Part shown: positions 1 through 12,323 of the stretch, in pieces
Position numbering within the stretch: the first letter of the stretch is position 1
Layout of the letters: each line of letters begins with the position of its first letter
From: an uncultured Gemmataceae bacterium
Lineage (GTDB): Bacteria > Planctomycetota > Planctomycetia > Gemmatales > Gemmataceae
Direction: 5' to 3'
Length of the DNA: 64,000 nucleotides
NCBI GenBank assembly: GCA_963750165.1
Contig: CAVVPN010000001.1
Span: forward strand, 256,001 to 320,000
Program-made: the position numbers and the translations under genes
The notes under the pieces: generated by a model
The model's database searches: none
The model's input: only the letters and a program-made list of their open reading frames with translations
Told to the model about the DNA's origin: nothing

Positions 1-859
<859 letters not shown>

Positions 860-2188
860 AGCTCAGGGTTCCATCATTCAAAAAGTTCTTGTTGGGTCGC
901 AAGTCGCTGGTTTCGGTTCAAAAGCGCAAGCTTCGAGAGTTCCGGCCAGGCCACAACAAGGCTGTTGTAGGCGAGGGCCTCCTGCGGCCATTTCTTTCGT
1001 TCGCAGGTCGAATACAGCCGGTAGGCCAAATCTCGGGAAATTTCAGCCATTCCGCCGAGTTGTTGGATAAGAACGGCTGCCCCCGATTCGCCCTGTCGAT
1101 CGAGGGTGCGAATCAAATGCTGGGTGACTTCCCAGATCGCCAGTCGCTTATCGGTCGCGGGGTTCCAATCGATTGGAAGCTCATCGCGGCGGACAAGGCG
1201 CACCTTGCCGGCATGGGCTACGATGATCCGGGCTTCGACGAGTCCGTTGACGGCAGTGTTCTTGGCTTTGCTGAGGGTTTCAGCGTCCCCGAACGGGCCT
1301 TCGTTCATACCGAACTGCTCGAACCATGCAATCGCCCAGCGTGTGTCGCCATCGAACTCCCCTTCCTGCTCGGCGAGCACTTCGTCGAGCGTCTGGTTGA
1401 TGATGCCCAAGGCGGTCCTGACAGCCATCGCCGATCCGTCTGATTCGATCACTTTGGTATAGCGAGTGAAGACGGCCATCCCCGGCCCGATGGCCGCCTG
1501 CGCCAGATCCACCGGAGCGATGTTGCCGCGCTGGAGATTGCGCAGGGCATCGGGCAATTCTTGCCGCAACGCAGTGATGAACTGCTTGCGGGTTGCCAGC
1601 GGCGCATCGATGGGACGTGGGCGGCAGACGAGGACGATAGACGAGGCCAATGCGCCGACATCCTTTTTGAGTGCATTAGTGGCTTCAGTGCGGATGGGCC
1701 AAGTACCATGAATGCTGAAGCCCGCTCTGAACAGCGCGGAAAGCATCGTTTCCCACCCGGTGGACGCCGTCGTACTTCCAGCAGCGGCATTATCGTCATC
1801 CGAGTCAGCGGTTTCCGCTTGTTTAAAGGCGTAATAGACCGTGGTCGGAATATCTTGGCTCTGAATCTGTCGCATTTGGGCGAACGCCTTTCCCAAGCCG
1901 TCCTCGAAGAATGCTTGGGCTGCCTCCTTGTGGCCGCCGTGTCGGTACGGCGATGCGATAAGTTCTTGAGATTTGGGTGTCAGCAAGGTCGCAAATAATG
2001 AAGGATAGAGGCTTACCAGAGATCGACGAAGCCAGACGTAAAAAAAGTCGCTGAGGTCAGCATACCCAATATTATCGTAATAGGGTGGATCGGTGGAAAT
2101 CGCCGCAGGCGTCGAAACCGCCGTAGCGCTCAGTTGCTGAACCGAGCCAGGGATGCCAACCGTCAGTTCGCAATGGCTTGCCCCCATT

Positions 2189-3100
2189 TTATGTACCAGG
2201 CGCTGTGAGAGTCGGATCAACCGTCACAGATGTGTCCTCGGGCTGGCGTAGCGCAGCGGAGTCGGCCCGAGGACACATCTCCCCGTACTCCGCTGGCGTC
2301 CGATACCCCAACGAGCTGTGAGGCCGGACGTGGTTGTACTCGTGCTTCCATGCCTTGCCCAGCACCTGCGCCTCCCGCAGGCTGCCGAACACCTCCGCGT
2401 TCAGCAGTTCGTCGCGCACCTTGCTGTTGAACGACTCCGCGTACCCGTTCTCCCACGGCGCCCCCGGCGCGATGTACAGCGTCTCCAGGCCCGCCCCCGT
2501 CATCCAGGCCCGGATCGCCTTGGCGATGAACTCCGGCCCGTTGTCGCTGCGAATGTGCCTCGGCGCGCCACGCTCCCGCACCACCCCGGCCAGCACCGCG
2601 TTCACCGCCCGGGCCGTCATGCCGCGCCGCACCTCCAGGGCCAGGCACTCGCGCGTATACTCGTCCACCAGCGTGAACCACTTCAGCGCCCCGCCGTCCG
2701 CCGTCCGGTCGTGCAGGAAGTCCCACGCCCAGACGTGGCCCTTGTGCTCCGCCGGCCGCCGCACGCAGCTGTTGGCACTGGAGCCCAGCCGCCGTTTTTT
2801 CCGCTGCTTCCTGGGCACTTTCAGCCCCTGCTGCCGCCACAGCCGCCAGACGCGCTTGCGGTTGACCCGCCACCCTTCCCGGCGCAGCAGCGCCCAGATG
2901 CGCCGGTAGCCGTAGCGCGGGTGCTGGCGCACCAGCTCCAGGATGCGCCGGACCAGCCGGCCTTCCTCCTCCTGGGGAAGGGGGACCTGCCGCTGGGTGG
3001 AGCGCGGTTGCCCCAGCACGCGGCAGGCGCGGCGCTCGGACACGCCGAACGCCTCCTGCAGGTGCCGCGCCAGCTGGCGGCGCTGGGCGGCGGTCACCAC
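2189..3100 (-). CDS. IS3 OrfB DDE transposase
   Basis: WAWDF, IRSDNGPEF, PWENGYAESFNSKVRDE and YNHVRPHSSLGY motifs. Confidence 0.95.
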   Translation of the reverse strand: MVTAAQRRQLARHLQEAFGVSERRACRVLGQPRSTQRQVPLPQEEEGRLVRRILELVRQHPRYGYRRIWALLRREGWRVNRKRVWRLWRQQGLKVPRKQRKKRRLGSSANSCVRRPAEHKGHVWAWDFLHDRTADGGALKWFTLVDEYTRECLALEVRRGMTARAVNAVLAGVVRERGAPRHIRSDNGPEFIAKAIRAWMTGAGLETLYIAPGAPWENGYAESFNSKVRDELLNAEVFGSLREAQVLGKAWKHEYNHVRPHSSLGYRTPAEYGEMCPRADSAALRQPEDTSVTVDPTLTAPGT

Positions 3101-3366
3101 TTTTTTTGGACGGCCTCCTGGAGCAGCTGCTTGTCCAGGGCCAGCTCGGCGACGAGGCGCTTGAGGCGAACGTTCTCGGTCTCCAGTTCCTTGAGCCGCT
3201 TGGCCTCGTCCTGCTTGAGGCCGCCGTACTGGTTCCGCCAGCGGTGCAGGGTCTGCTCGCTGACGCCGAGTTTCTGGCAGACCTGGGCGACGCCAAGCCC
3301 CTGGGCCAGGTCGGCCTCGGCCTGCCGCAGCTTGGTGATGACCTCTTCAGCCGTGTGTCGCTTCAT
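3094..3366 (-). CDS. IS3 OrfA (HTH), joined to OrfB by -1 frameshift at A7G (3100-3107)
   Basis: MKRHTAEEVITKLRQAE...LKRLVAELALDKQLL; AAAAAAAG slippery site at the overlap. Confidence 0.92.
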   Translation of the reverse strand: MKRHTAEEVITKLRQAEADLAQGLGVAQVCQKLGVSEQTLHRWRNQYGGLKQDEAKRLKELETENVRLKRLVAELALDKQLLQEAVQKKW

Positions 3367-5226
3367 GGTTCGTCTCCTGGCCCCGCAGGGCCTCAGAGAC
3401 TCTCATACCACCTGGACCACTTTTTGGGGAGCACACCAGCAAAGCACCTTGCTCACGGAATCAGCCGTTCCAGAAATATCTCCGCCTGCACCAGCAAGCG
3501 GATTTGTCTCGGCAAAACCCCATTGCATCGGCAAGGCCTGGCGACCGAGCGCGCCAGCCAGGCGACCAAAACCAGTTCCGGGTTCCCAGACTGCGAGTGT
3601 ACAGCTCCTACTGGATGCCTTGCTGACAGCGAATGCTAAGTAGGTGGCTACCGCGTTCGCGTAAGCGGCAACTCCGGTAATGCCATTGCCGGTCAGGTGC
3701 TCGCCTTGCGGCAGAACCGTGTTACGTATGTTTTCCAGCACACATTCCCGCGCCTCTTGCACCAGATCGCTGAACGTCGTCAAGGCCACGAGTTGGCGTG
3801 GCGTGAATAGCTTGTCGAAAGAAGTCAATCCATACAGAAGGCACCAGAGTGCTCGCTTATCAAGAGCGATTGGCGAGTCAATTCCTTTCAAATCGCTCGG
3901 TATCGGAACGCCTCGTGCCAGTTCTTCTTGTTCTGGGAAGGGGGAGATGTATACACGTCCCCTGGTGCCTTCTGCCACAATTGCCATGAGGCGTACAGCG
4001 AGTCGGCCATTCATCCCTTCGGCTTTGACGTGAGTGTCAGGGATCGGATCGTTACTGAGCAGACAGCGAAACTTGCAACCGCGACCGATTTTTGTCCCAG
4101 CTTCAATTGCCCTGATCTCGTCGGTGGACGGCTTCCCTGTCCGAATTTCAAACCGGTAAGTTTTGGTGTTCCGATCCACCACTGGTTCGACCCATGTTTG
4201 CTTGCCAGCTTTCTTGCTTAGCCAGTAACCGCTTACGAGCGGGACATGGACACCTTGGTACACCGGACTTGGACTCGCCACCGTTCGCGCCCACAGCCAA
4301 GCAATGACGGTAAGGTCTTCGCCGACGTACTCCTCCAAGTCGGGCCTGTTCTTGGCCATTTCCTTGGTGATCTTAACCTTGGGATAGAGATGCCCGATGC
4401 GTTTCTCAGCCTCGTCGCGCATCCATTGGCCGTAGTAGCGGACATCCGCGGCGAGACCTTGGGCGCCATGCCAGACGGTGGCGGCCTTTTCTTCCTTGCT
4501 CTTCTTTTGCCAATCCGGATTTACCGGAGGACGGTCGGCGAACGTGGGGGGGATCTCGATCAGGGCCTTGTTTATCAGCACCGGCACTGGGTTGAGATCG
4601 CTGGCGTAGGCGCAGCCCCAGCCGTTGTGCTTCGAGTGGAATCGACCCACCTCCCGCAAACGGATCGAGTACAGGGGGCGCGTACTCCGCCAGGAACGCA
4701 TTCACAACCTTGGCCGACGGCAGTCGTAACACATCGAATGAGAAGCGGACTCGGGCAACTTTTTTGTCGAGGCCCAAGGGAATGGGCCGACAATGTCCGC
4801 GTTTCACAAGGTCGTGGGCTATCGTGTTTGGACCGACTGCCGCATCCTTCTTCAAAGCTCCCGTTTCAATCAACCGCGAAGCCACGCAGCGGGCGATCTC
4901 AGCGCGGGCGGTCCGAATCACGTCCGCATTGTTCGAGTTCTCCCACATCACCAGTTCTTCGATAAGGTTGAACAGGTCGGCACGTTTAATCCCGGCCGCC
5001 TCCTCATCGACTGAACCATCTGGCTTGCGATACTGCGGATCGCTATCGGGGTCATCCACCAGCGACGCAAACAGCACCGCCCGGCAAGCTGCCAGGGGCC
5101 GCCGTGCCCACCAGAGGTGGAGCGTGCTTGGATGCCCGTGCCGAATAGACTTTTCCCGTGCTGATTCGGCGTTGATGGCCACCAACGGCAGGCCGACTTC
5201 GATCAGTTTCTTGCGGTAGGGTGCGG

Positions 5227-6498
5227 TCATTTCTTCTTACGGTCCTTCTTTGGTGGTTTGGCCTTTGCCTTCTCCGAGGCGGCTTTGGGTTTTCCTGAAC
5301 CAGGAACGGTTTCAGGCGCGGTGGGCTGTTCGGCCGCGGACTGACCAAGCTCCGCTTCAATTTCCTCCACCGTCGGCAGGGCCGACTGGAGATCGGCCGG
5401 CAGCGCGCGAGTGAGTTCGTATTCAGAAACGCCTATTGGCTTGGTCGCGCCGCGCAAGGCATACTCGGCCACGATGTGGTTGCGATCCTGGCACAGTATC
5501 AGGCCGATACTCGGTGCGTCGGAGGGATGACGCAGCCTGTCATCGACAACAGCCAGATAAAAGTTCATCTTGCCGGCATACTCCGGCTTGAATTCGCCCT
5601 TCTTCAGGTCGATGACGATGAAACAGCGCAGTTTCAGGTGGAAGAACAGGAGATCGACGAAGTAATCGCGTTGGCCGACATCCAAGGGATACTGCCGGCC
5701 CACAAAGGCAAACCCCTGCCCCAGCTCCAGCAGGAACCGCTCAAGCTGGTGAAGGAGGTTAGTTTCCAGTTCGCGCTCGTGAAACGGCTCCGTCAACGTC
5801 AGGAAGTCGAAAATGTAAGGGTCTTTGAGGGCTTGCTGCACCAGGTCGGACTGCGGCGACGGGAGCAGCCGCTCGAAGTTCGTGAGGGCCTTCCCTTGCC
5901 GGCGATGGGCCTCCGACTTGAGCATAAGCTGGAGCACGTTGCGGCTCCAACCGTTGGCGAGAACCTGCTGCATGTACCAGAGACGGGTGGGCAGGTCTTT
6001 GACCTTTTCCATGAGATTAACGTGATGGCCCCACGGAACCAACCAGAGCAGGGAATTCGGCAATTGTGCAACAGCCTGTTGCACAATTGGAATGGGAGGC
6101 ACTTGTGCCGCGGGTTGTGGCACTTCTGTTGTTGCCTCCAATTTTGCCACAGGCTGCGGCAAAATTGGCTTCTCCGCGATTTGTGCAACAGGTTGTTGCA
6201 CAATTGCGGACGGGTTGGGGTAGGCTCGGTAGAAAGCCAGCATCGACTTGATGTTTCGCTCGGAAAACCCCTTGACCTCCGGCAACTCGTTCTGGAGTTC
6301 GCGAGCTAGTCGCGGAATGACGGCGGCGCCCCAGCCCTCTTCTTGCTGGCGAATGTCGATGATGCGGCCGATGTCCCAGTAAAGCCGAACCAGTTCGGCG
6401 TTGACCGACAAGACGGCCCGCGCCTGGGCCTGGGCGATACGCTCCTTGACTTCCTGGAGCAGGTTGACGAAGCCGGTCGGGGTGAGGCTCTTGCTCAT
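5227..6498 (-). CDS. DUF1016/YhcG family PD-(D/E)XK nuclease
   Basis: [69 protein letters not shown]. Confidence 0.92.
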   Translation of the reverse strand: MSKSLTPTGFVNLLQEVKERIAQAQARAVLSVNAELVRLYWDIGRIIDIRQQEEGWGAAVIPRLARELQNELPEVKGFSERNIKSMLAFYRAYPNPSAIVQQPVAQIAEKPILPQPVAKLEATTEVPQPAAQVPPIPIVQQAVAQLPNSLLWLVPWGHHVNLMEKVKDLPTRLWYMQQVLANGWSRNVLQLMLKSEAHRRQGKALTNFERLLPSPQSDLVQQALKDPYIFDFLTLTEPFHERELETNLLHQLERFLLELGQGFAFVGRQYPLDVGQRDYFVDLLFFHLKLRCFIVIDLKKGEFKPEYAGKMNFYLAVVDDRLRHPSDAPSIGLILCQDRNHIVAEYALRGATKPIGVSEYELTRALPADLQSALPTVEEIEAELGQSAAEQPTAPETVPGSGKPKAASEKAKAKPPKKDRKKK

Positions 6499-9400
6499 GC
6501 CGGCTCCTTCGCCTGAGCCAGTAGCGCCGGCAGATCGTAATTCACGCTGGTGGCCTTGAAGTCGGGTTCCTTCTCGAAAGGCAGCCGGACATAGCGCACG
6601 TCGGCCCGGTCGGGGTTGAGTACGACGATGGCCAGGATGAATTCCTCGGGTTTGTTGAGGCCGGTGAGGATTTCATTCTTGGTGATCGTGACGGTCCTGG
6701 CCCCGCGGACGCGGCCTTTCACTTCAAGGAACCGCAACAGCCCGGAATTGGGGATGCCTGATTCAACATCGTAGCCCAAATTCTGGTCGCTCACGTCGCG
6801 GGGCAGGTAGCCAAGCCGGCGTTCGACGTCCATGACAGCCTGCATAGCACGGCGCTCGGACTCCTCGGTGTTGAGCGCGAAATCCGGCACCTGGTCGGCG
6901 CTGCTGCCTTGTACTTTTGGAAGCAGTCCCGCAGGGACGACCATCGCGCCGCCCAACACGACGGGCGGGAGTGCCGAGAGCTTGCGTTCCTGGTCCAGTT
7001 CGGCAAGCCGTTTTTGCAGGCGGGCGGTGAGTTCATCGGCCCGTTGCCGGGCCAGGCCGGAATTCAGCTTCGCATTCACCCTGCCGGCCAGTTCCTGGTC
7101 CTTGAGGGCGGCGGCCCGGTGATCCCAGTAATTGATCTCCTTCGTCAGCCGGTCTTGGACGGCGGCTCTGGTCTTGTCGAGCAGTTCCTCCTTGCGGTGC
7201 CGCAACTCGCCCAGGTGGTCGGGCACCAGATGAATCGCGGCGTACTCCATTGCCTGCGCTTCCAGATCGCCACGCAGCCAATCGGGAGCCGGCAGGCCGG
7301 CCAGGAACTTGGCTTCCGCTTCGGTCGGCGGCCGGTAATCGAGATACGGAGCCGGGCCGGCGTTCGTAGTGTTGCCGTGCCGGTCCACTTCGACGAATTG
7401 CAGGCGTTTCGAGACGACGCGGCGGTTCCCTGCACGGTCGATGCGGGCGTCCTGGATTGCATGCTCCAGGTACAACAGGGCACGGGGCTGGTCACCTTCG
7501 TCGGTGTTGTCGATCAGCACCGCCCCGCGCTTCAGCAAATCCCGGTAACGCTCGATCACCAGGTCGAGGGTGGCATCCAGGAGCGGATGGCCGGGACAGA
7601 CAAACGCCGCCAGCGGCTTGCCGGGGACGCTGATGAGGTTTTTCTCGAAGGCGATGCGCTCGTAGCGGGAAAGAACGGGATTCCCCCGGCCGATTTCCCG
7701 GTCGCGGGTGCGGATCACGGCCGGGACGTGCTTGACCTCATAGCGCTTGGGTTCCCGTTCGTGAATCGTTCCGCCGAGCAGTTTGAAGGCTTCGATGAAG
7801 AAGGAGGCGATGAAGTGCGGCTGGAGCTTACGGGCTTCGGCCCGCTCCATGTCTTCGCGAATCTGGCGAACCCTGGTCACGTCCATCGAATCGTGAGTCA
7901 GCGCCCTCCCTTCAACGAGTTCCCGCAAATGATCTCGGTCCAGGGCCTTGTCCACCACGATGAAAAGCCTCGACCGGACTTCCGGCTGGTCGCCATAGCG
8001 GATGGCTTCCAACAAGAGTTCACGCAGCGGCCGATCTTCAAAGGTCAGTTGCCCGAGAACGTCGAACACCTGACCGCCCAAGGCGGCGCGTTGCTCATCG
8101 AGCTTTTCGAGCAGGCGATGATAGACCTCGCCCTCGCGGGTGTCCTTGGCCACGAGGTTCCACAAGTGGCAAACTTCCGTCTGGCCGATGCGGTGAATGC
8201 GGCCGAAGCGTTGTTCCAGGCGGTTTGGGTTCCAGGGCAGGTCGTAGTTGACCATCAGGTGGGCACGTTGCAGGTTGATGCCTTCGCCGGCGGCATCAGT
8301 GGCAACCAGGATTTCAACTTCCTTGTCGTGTTTGAAGGCTTCTTCCGCCTTGCGCCGGTCCTCGCGGCCGATGCCGCCGTGGATGACGACGACGGCTTCG
8401 GGCCGCCCCAACAATGCCCGAATCCTTTCGGTGAGGTAGTTCAGGGTGTCGCGGTGTTCGGTGAAGATGATGAGCTTCCGCCGATGCCCCTCGGCGTCGA
8501 ACATTTCCGTGTTGTTCTGCAACAGCTTGGAAAGCTCGTCCCACTTGCGGTCTGTGCCGGACTGGCGGACGCGCAGGGCCGTGCGTTCCAGTTCCTGCAA
8601 CTGGCCGATTTCGCCGCGCAATTCGGTAATCGTTCGCGCGGCCGATGCCTGATCGACGACCTTTTCCTCGGTGTCTTCGAGTTCGGCGTCAGGGGCGTCG
8701 TCGAGATCGTCGAGGGCTTCCGAGGTGAGGGACGGCAGCCCCGCGTTCAAGTCGAGGCCGATTTCGATGCCACGTTTGAGCAGTTGTTCCTCGCGCAGCC
8801 GTTTTTCGAGGCGTTCGCGGCGGCGGCGCAACGACTGGTAAATGGCCTCGGGGGATGAAGCCAGGCGCCGTTGCAGGATCGTCAGGGCGAAGCCGACGGT
8901 GCCCTTGCGCCCCTCGTTTTCCAGGGCCTCGGCGCGGTTGAACTCTTCGCGGACGTAGTCGGTGACTTCCTTGTAAAGTTCGGTTTCGCCGTCCGAGAGG
9001 GCGTAATTGACCGTGTACGCCCGGCGCTCGGGGAACAGGGGCGTGCCGTCGAACTTGAGCAGCTGCTCCTTGACGAGCCGGCGCATCATGTCGCCGGCGT
9101 CGCTCACATGCACCCCGTCGCGGAACTTGCCTTCAAAACGGTCTCCGTCCAACAACGCCATGAACAGCTGGAAGTCGGCTTCCTTGCCGTTGTGCGGCGT
9201 GGCCGTCAGCAGCAGGAAGTGGCGGGTCAGGGTCGAGAGCAGCTGCCCCAGGCGGTAGCGCTTGGTGTACTTCACCTCGCTGCCGAAGTAGGTGGCGCTC
9301 AGCTTGTGGGACTCGTCGCAGACGACTAAATCCCAGTCCGTTTGCTGAAGTTTGGCCTGGGCATCTTCGTCGCGGCTCAGCTTGTCGAGCCGGCAGATGG

Positions 9401-10004
9401 CCAGGGGGTTTTCGGCGAACCAATTCCCCGTGCGGGCCGCCTCAAAGGCGTCATTGGTCATGATCTGGAACGGCAGATGAAACTTCCGGTCGAGTTCATC
9501 CTGCCATTGTTCGGCAAGATTGCCTGGGCAGACGATCAGGCAGCGCTGCAAATCGCCGCGAGCGATCAGCTCCTTGACGAACAGGCCGGTCATGATCGTT
9601 TTGCCGGCTCCGGGGTCGTCGGCGAGAAGGAAGCGCAGCGGCTGCCGGGAGAGCATTTCGCTGTAAACCGCAGTGATCTGGTGCGGCAGCGGCTCAACGA
9701 GCGAAGTGTGGACGGCCAGGAGCGGGTCGAAGAGGTAGGCCAGGCGGATGCGGTTGGCCTCGGATAGTAGGCGGAAGAGCGCGCCGTCGCCGTCGAAACT
9801 CCAGGGACGGCCGGCCTCGACGATTTCCAGCGTCGGTTCGCGGTCGCGGTAGAGCAACTCGTTGCCGAGGCGGCCGTTGCTGTCCTTGTAGGTCACCTCG
9901 ACGGCAACGGTGCCGATCCAGCGAACGTCGCTGATCGTGGCCAGGGAGTTCGGGAGGATGCCGTTGACGGCAGCGCCGCGGGTCAGGTCTTCAAGTCTGG
10001 CCAC
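6495..10004 (-). CDS. SNF2-family helicase with C-terminal DUF3883 PD-(D/E)XK nuclease
   Basis: LLADDPGAGKT, DESH, LTATPHNG, DAAGEGINLQ, EQRFGRIHRIGQ; C-terminal GYDVES..FLEVKG. GTG start at 10004 with CAGGAGG RBS. Confidence 0.92.
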   Translation of the reverse strand: MARLEDLTRGAAVNGILPNSLATISDVRWIGTVAVEVTYKDSNGRLGNELLYRDREPTLEIVEAGRPWSFDGDGALFRLLSEANRIRLAYLFDPLLAVHTSLVEPLPHQITAVYSEMLSRQPLRFLLADDPGAGKTIMTGLFVKELIARGDLQRCLIVCPGNLAEQWQDELDRKFHLPFQIMTNDAFEAARTGNWFAENPLAICRLDKLSRDEDAQAKLQQTDWDLVVCDESHKLSATYFGSEVKYTKRYRLGQLLSTLTRHFLLLTATPHNGKEADFQLFMALLDGDRFEGKFRDGVHVSDAGDMMRRLVKEQLLKFDGTPLFPERRAYTVNYALSDGETELYKEVTDYVREEFNRAEALENEGRKGTVGFALTILQRRLASSPEAIYQSLRRRRERLEKRLREEQLLKRGIEIGLDLNAGLPSLTSEALDDLDDAPDAELEDTEEKVVDQASAARTITELRGEIGQLQELERTALRVRQSGTDRKWDELSKLLQNNTEMFDAEGHRRKLIIFTEHRDTLNYLTERIRALLGRPEAVVVIHGGIGREDRRKAEEAFKHDKEVEILVATDAAGEGINLQRAHLMVNYDLPWNPNRLEQRFGRIHRIGQTEVCHLWNLVAKDTREGEVYHRLLEKLDEQRAALGGQVFDVLGQLTFEDRPLRELLLEAIRYGDQPEVRSRLFIVVDKALDRDHLRELVEGRALTHDSMDVTRVRQIREDMERAEARKLQPHFIASFFIEAFKLLGGTIHEREPKRYEVKHVPAVIRTRDREIGRGNPVLSRYERIAFEKNLISVPGKPLAAFVCPGHPLLDATLDLVIERYRDLLKRGAVLIDNTDEGDQPRALLYLEHAIQDARIDRAGNRRVVSKRLQFVEVDRHGNTTNAGPAPYLDYRPPTEAEAKFLAGLPAPDWLRGDLEAQAMEYAAIHLVPDHLGELRHRKEELLDKTRAAVQDRLTKEINYWDHRAAALKDQELAGRVNAKLNSGLARQRADELTARLQKRLAELDQERKLSALPPVVLGGAMVVPAGLLPKVQGSSADQVPDFALNTEESERRAMQAVMDVERRLGYLPRDVSDQNLGYDVESGIPNSGLLRFLEVKGRVRGARTVTITKNEILTGLNKPEEFILAIVVLNPDRADVRYVRLPFEKEPDFKATSVNYDLPALLAQAKEPA

Positions 10005-10908
10005 CGTAACCTCCTGAAATTCGGCGGGTGCTGACGCCGGTTGTGTGGACTTCCTCCGTTCGCATGGGCGCAACCCTTCTTCTCGTTTGCATTTGGCGAC
10101 TCGATGGGGGGTGAAAACGGCATTTTACCTATTCCCATCCCTGCCATTTTACCCGGCCCGCGGTTGCCGGCCTAGCTCAGCAGTTCGGAAAGCCGCGCTT
10201 TTTCAACTTCTGCTGGCCTTCCGGCCGCGATCCGCTACTGGAAAGAGCCGAGCGGATCAGACCCGCGAATTCTTGATGAGGCGACAGCAATATCGTGGAA
10301 AGCGACCAGAAGCAAGGGATCAACAGCTGAGGCGAAGATTGGGAAAGCGCGGTCACTTGGTCGCGGAGGGTCGCCACGGCGAAGCAACCGAAGGTTATCC
10401 CCGGCTCGTCGGGCGTGGGGACCGGCGGCCGCGGCTATTCCCGGAACCCGTCCGGCGGTGTCGGGGATGTGCTGACGCACAGGTCAACCTGGGCCGGCGC
10501 TCCGATGGCCACCTTCGCGTCTCTGCGTGCCACAAGAATGCTCACAGAAGCGCGAAGGTGGTCACTGGGTGGGATGGTGTGCCCCCCCTCCCCGCTTCGC
10601 TGCTCCTGGACGAATTCTGGGGGAATGGGAATGGTTACTATCGCTTCTTTCTCTGGATGCCAGTGAGTTGGCCAACTGATTGCCGGCCGGATAGCCGCTT
10701 TTCTTTCCTTGCCGGGAATGCGCCGCGGTAGCGGCGCCCCGCCCATATTGTTTGCGCGGCGGCGTGAGCCGCGCTCATTTTTAGGCTTGCCAGAGGGGGT
10801 TGCAGGGGGAGATGAGCAAATCATCTCCCCCTTCCTAAATAATGTTTGCAGTCCGTTAGGACTGCTCTGTTTTACTTTGTGTGGCAGTCAGCAACGTGCC
10901 AATAAAGG

Positions 10909-11177
10909 TTATCCACAGGCATCGCCTGTGTGTTATGTATGAGTTAATTACTTGTGTTAAAGGGCCGAATTCAACGTGTAAGCCATTGTAGAACCCTGAG
11001 TATTTTATAACCCCTCCGTGTAAATACACGAAAGGTTCTGGGTGAAAGCACGATGATTTCTGTGTAAAAGCACGATAACGGCCGGCGCCGTGTGATAGCA
11101 CGAAACGGCCATTTTCCGGGTGATAACACGATACTTGACATTTCTGTGTGAAAGCACGAATATGGGTGAAAACACGA
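10909..11177 (+). promoter_or_regulatory. Iteron-type replication origin: DnaA box, AT-rich tract, 7 iterons
   Basis: TTATCCACA at 10909-10917; AT-rich about 10930-11010; 12-mers GT(G/A)A(A/T)(A/T)(G/A)CACGA starting at 11020, 11042, 11064, 11092, 11120, 11148, 11166, directly upstream of repA. Confidence 0.85.
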
Positions 11178-11189
11178 TACGGCCGACCG

Positions 11190-12233
11190 ATGGACATCCC
11201 CCCGACGCGCTCCCCGCTCCTGCCCGACCGCCACCCGATCCAGGACTTCTTCATTTGCGACGTGGCCGACGCCATCCCCAAGGACGACATGGGGTCGATG
11301 GAGCACCCGATCTTCTCCCTGGCCACCAAGCCCGACGTGAGCATCCGGGAGTACGAGCACAACGGCGTGCGCATTTCCGTCCTGCCCAGCGCCCTGGGCC
11401 TGGCCACCATCCACGACAAGGACATCCTGATCTACTGCATCAGCCAGCTCGTCGCCAAACTGAACGCCGGCGTGCCGCTGCAGCAGGCGCTGCACCTCAA
11501 AGCCTACGACCTGCTGGTGGCCACCAACCGCAACACCGACGGCCGCGGCTACGAGCAGTTGAAAGGCGCCCTGGACCGCCTGAGCGGGACCCGTATCCGG
11601 ACCAACATCCGGACGGGGGACCAGGAGGTCACCGAGGGCTTCGGCCTGATTGATAGCTGGAAGATCGTCCGGCAGACGAATGGCGGCCGCATGACGGAAC
11701 TGCGGATCACCCTCTCGGAGTGGGTCTTCAACGCCGTCGCCGCCCGCGAGGTTCTGACGCTTCACCGCGATTATTTCCGGCTGCGCAAGCCCCTGGAACG
11801 CCGCATGTACGAACTGGCCCGCAAGCATTGCGGCAAGCAGGACGAGTGGGCCATCTCCCTGGAACTGCTCAAGAAAAAGTGCGGCTCGGCGTCGGACGAC
11901 TACGAATTCAGGCGGCTGGTTGGCATGATCTGCGAGGAGGACGCGCGCCACCATCACATGCCGGATTACGCCGTCTCCTTCGACGGCGCCAATGTGCGAT
12001 TCGTGAACCGCAGCACCTTGCGCCTCCTCCCTGCCCCGCCAGCGGCCTACCCCCTGCTCGACCCGGAAACCTACCACGACGCCAGGACCGTGGCCCCCGG
12101 CTATGACGTGTACTACCTGGAGCAGCAATGGCGATCCTTCTGGATCGAGAGCGGCAGGCCAGAGTTGACCAACCCGGACGCGGCCTTCCTCGGCTTCTGC
12201 AAGAGCCGCCACAGCAAACAGCCAAACCCGTAA
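11190..12233 (+). CDS. repA: Plasmid replication initiator RepA (RPA family)
   Basis: PKDDMGSMEHPIFSL, GLATIHDKDILIYCISQL, YFRLRKPLERRMYELARKHCG; likely ATG at 11190, after the iterons. Confidence 0.88.
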   Translation: MDIPPTRSPLLPDRHPIQDFFICDVADAIPKDDMGSMEHPIFSLATKPDVSIREYEHNGVRISVLPSALGLATIHDKDILIYCISQLVAKLNAGVPLQQALHLKAYDLLVATNRNTDGRGYEQLKGALDRLSGTRIRTNIRTGDQEVTEGFGLIDSWKIVRQTNGGRMTELRITLSEWVFNAVAAREVLTLHRDYFRLRKPLERRMYELARKHCGKQDEWAISLELLKKKCGSASDDYEFRRLVGMICEEDARHHHMPDYAVSFDGANVRFVNRSTLRLLPAPPAAYPLLDPETYHDARTVAPGYDVYYLEQQWRSFWIESGRPELTNPDAAFLGFCKSRHSKQPNP

Positions 12234-12323
12234 GCGGCGTGCCTGTGGCGTAAGGAACAGGTCCGTCATCCGCTCAAGGGGTTGGCGGAATGGGCGTAAA
12301 CATGACCTCGCTCCGCGAGGCCC

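Larger units (their letters stand above)
2174..3438 (-). mobile_element. IS3-family insertion sequence with 4-bp TSD GCAA
   Basis: Imperfect terminal IRs TGGCTTGCCCCC..CCAGG..TGAGAGTC and TGGTGTGCTCCCC..CCAGG..TGAGAGTC. GCAA at 2170-2173 and 3439-3442. Confidence 0.95.
874..5230 (-). pseudogene. DUF1156 adenine DNA methyltransferase, interrupted by IS3 and frameshifted near 4612
   Basis: N-terminus [32 protein letters not shown] motif [14 protein letters not shown], catalytic TDPPYYDN. Removing the IS and one TSD copy rejoins KVLC|ELTVGIP in frame. Confidence 0.9.

Noticed and set aside
6909..8858. Long antisense ORFs (also 18945-20516, 46884-48674, 55997-57898, 61229-62737)
   Set aside because: Shadow frames of real high-GC genes on the opposite strand.
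10045..10824. Several overlapping ORFs between the helicase and the origin
   Set aside because: No recognisable motifs and inconsistent frames; treated as non-coding or decayed.
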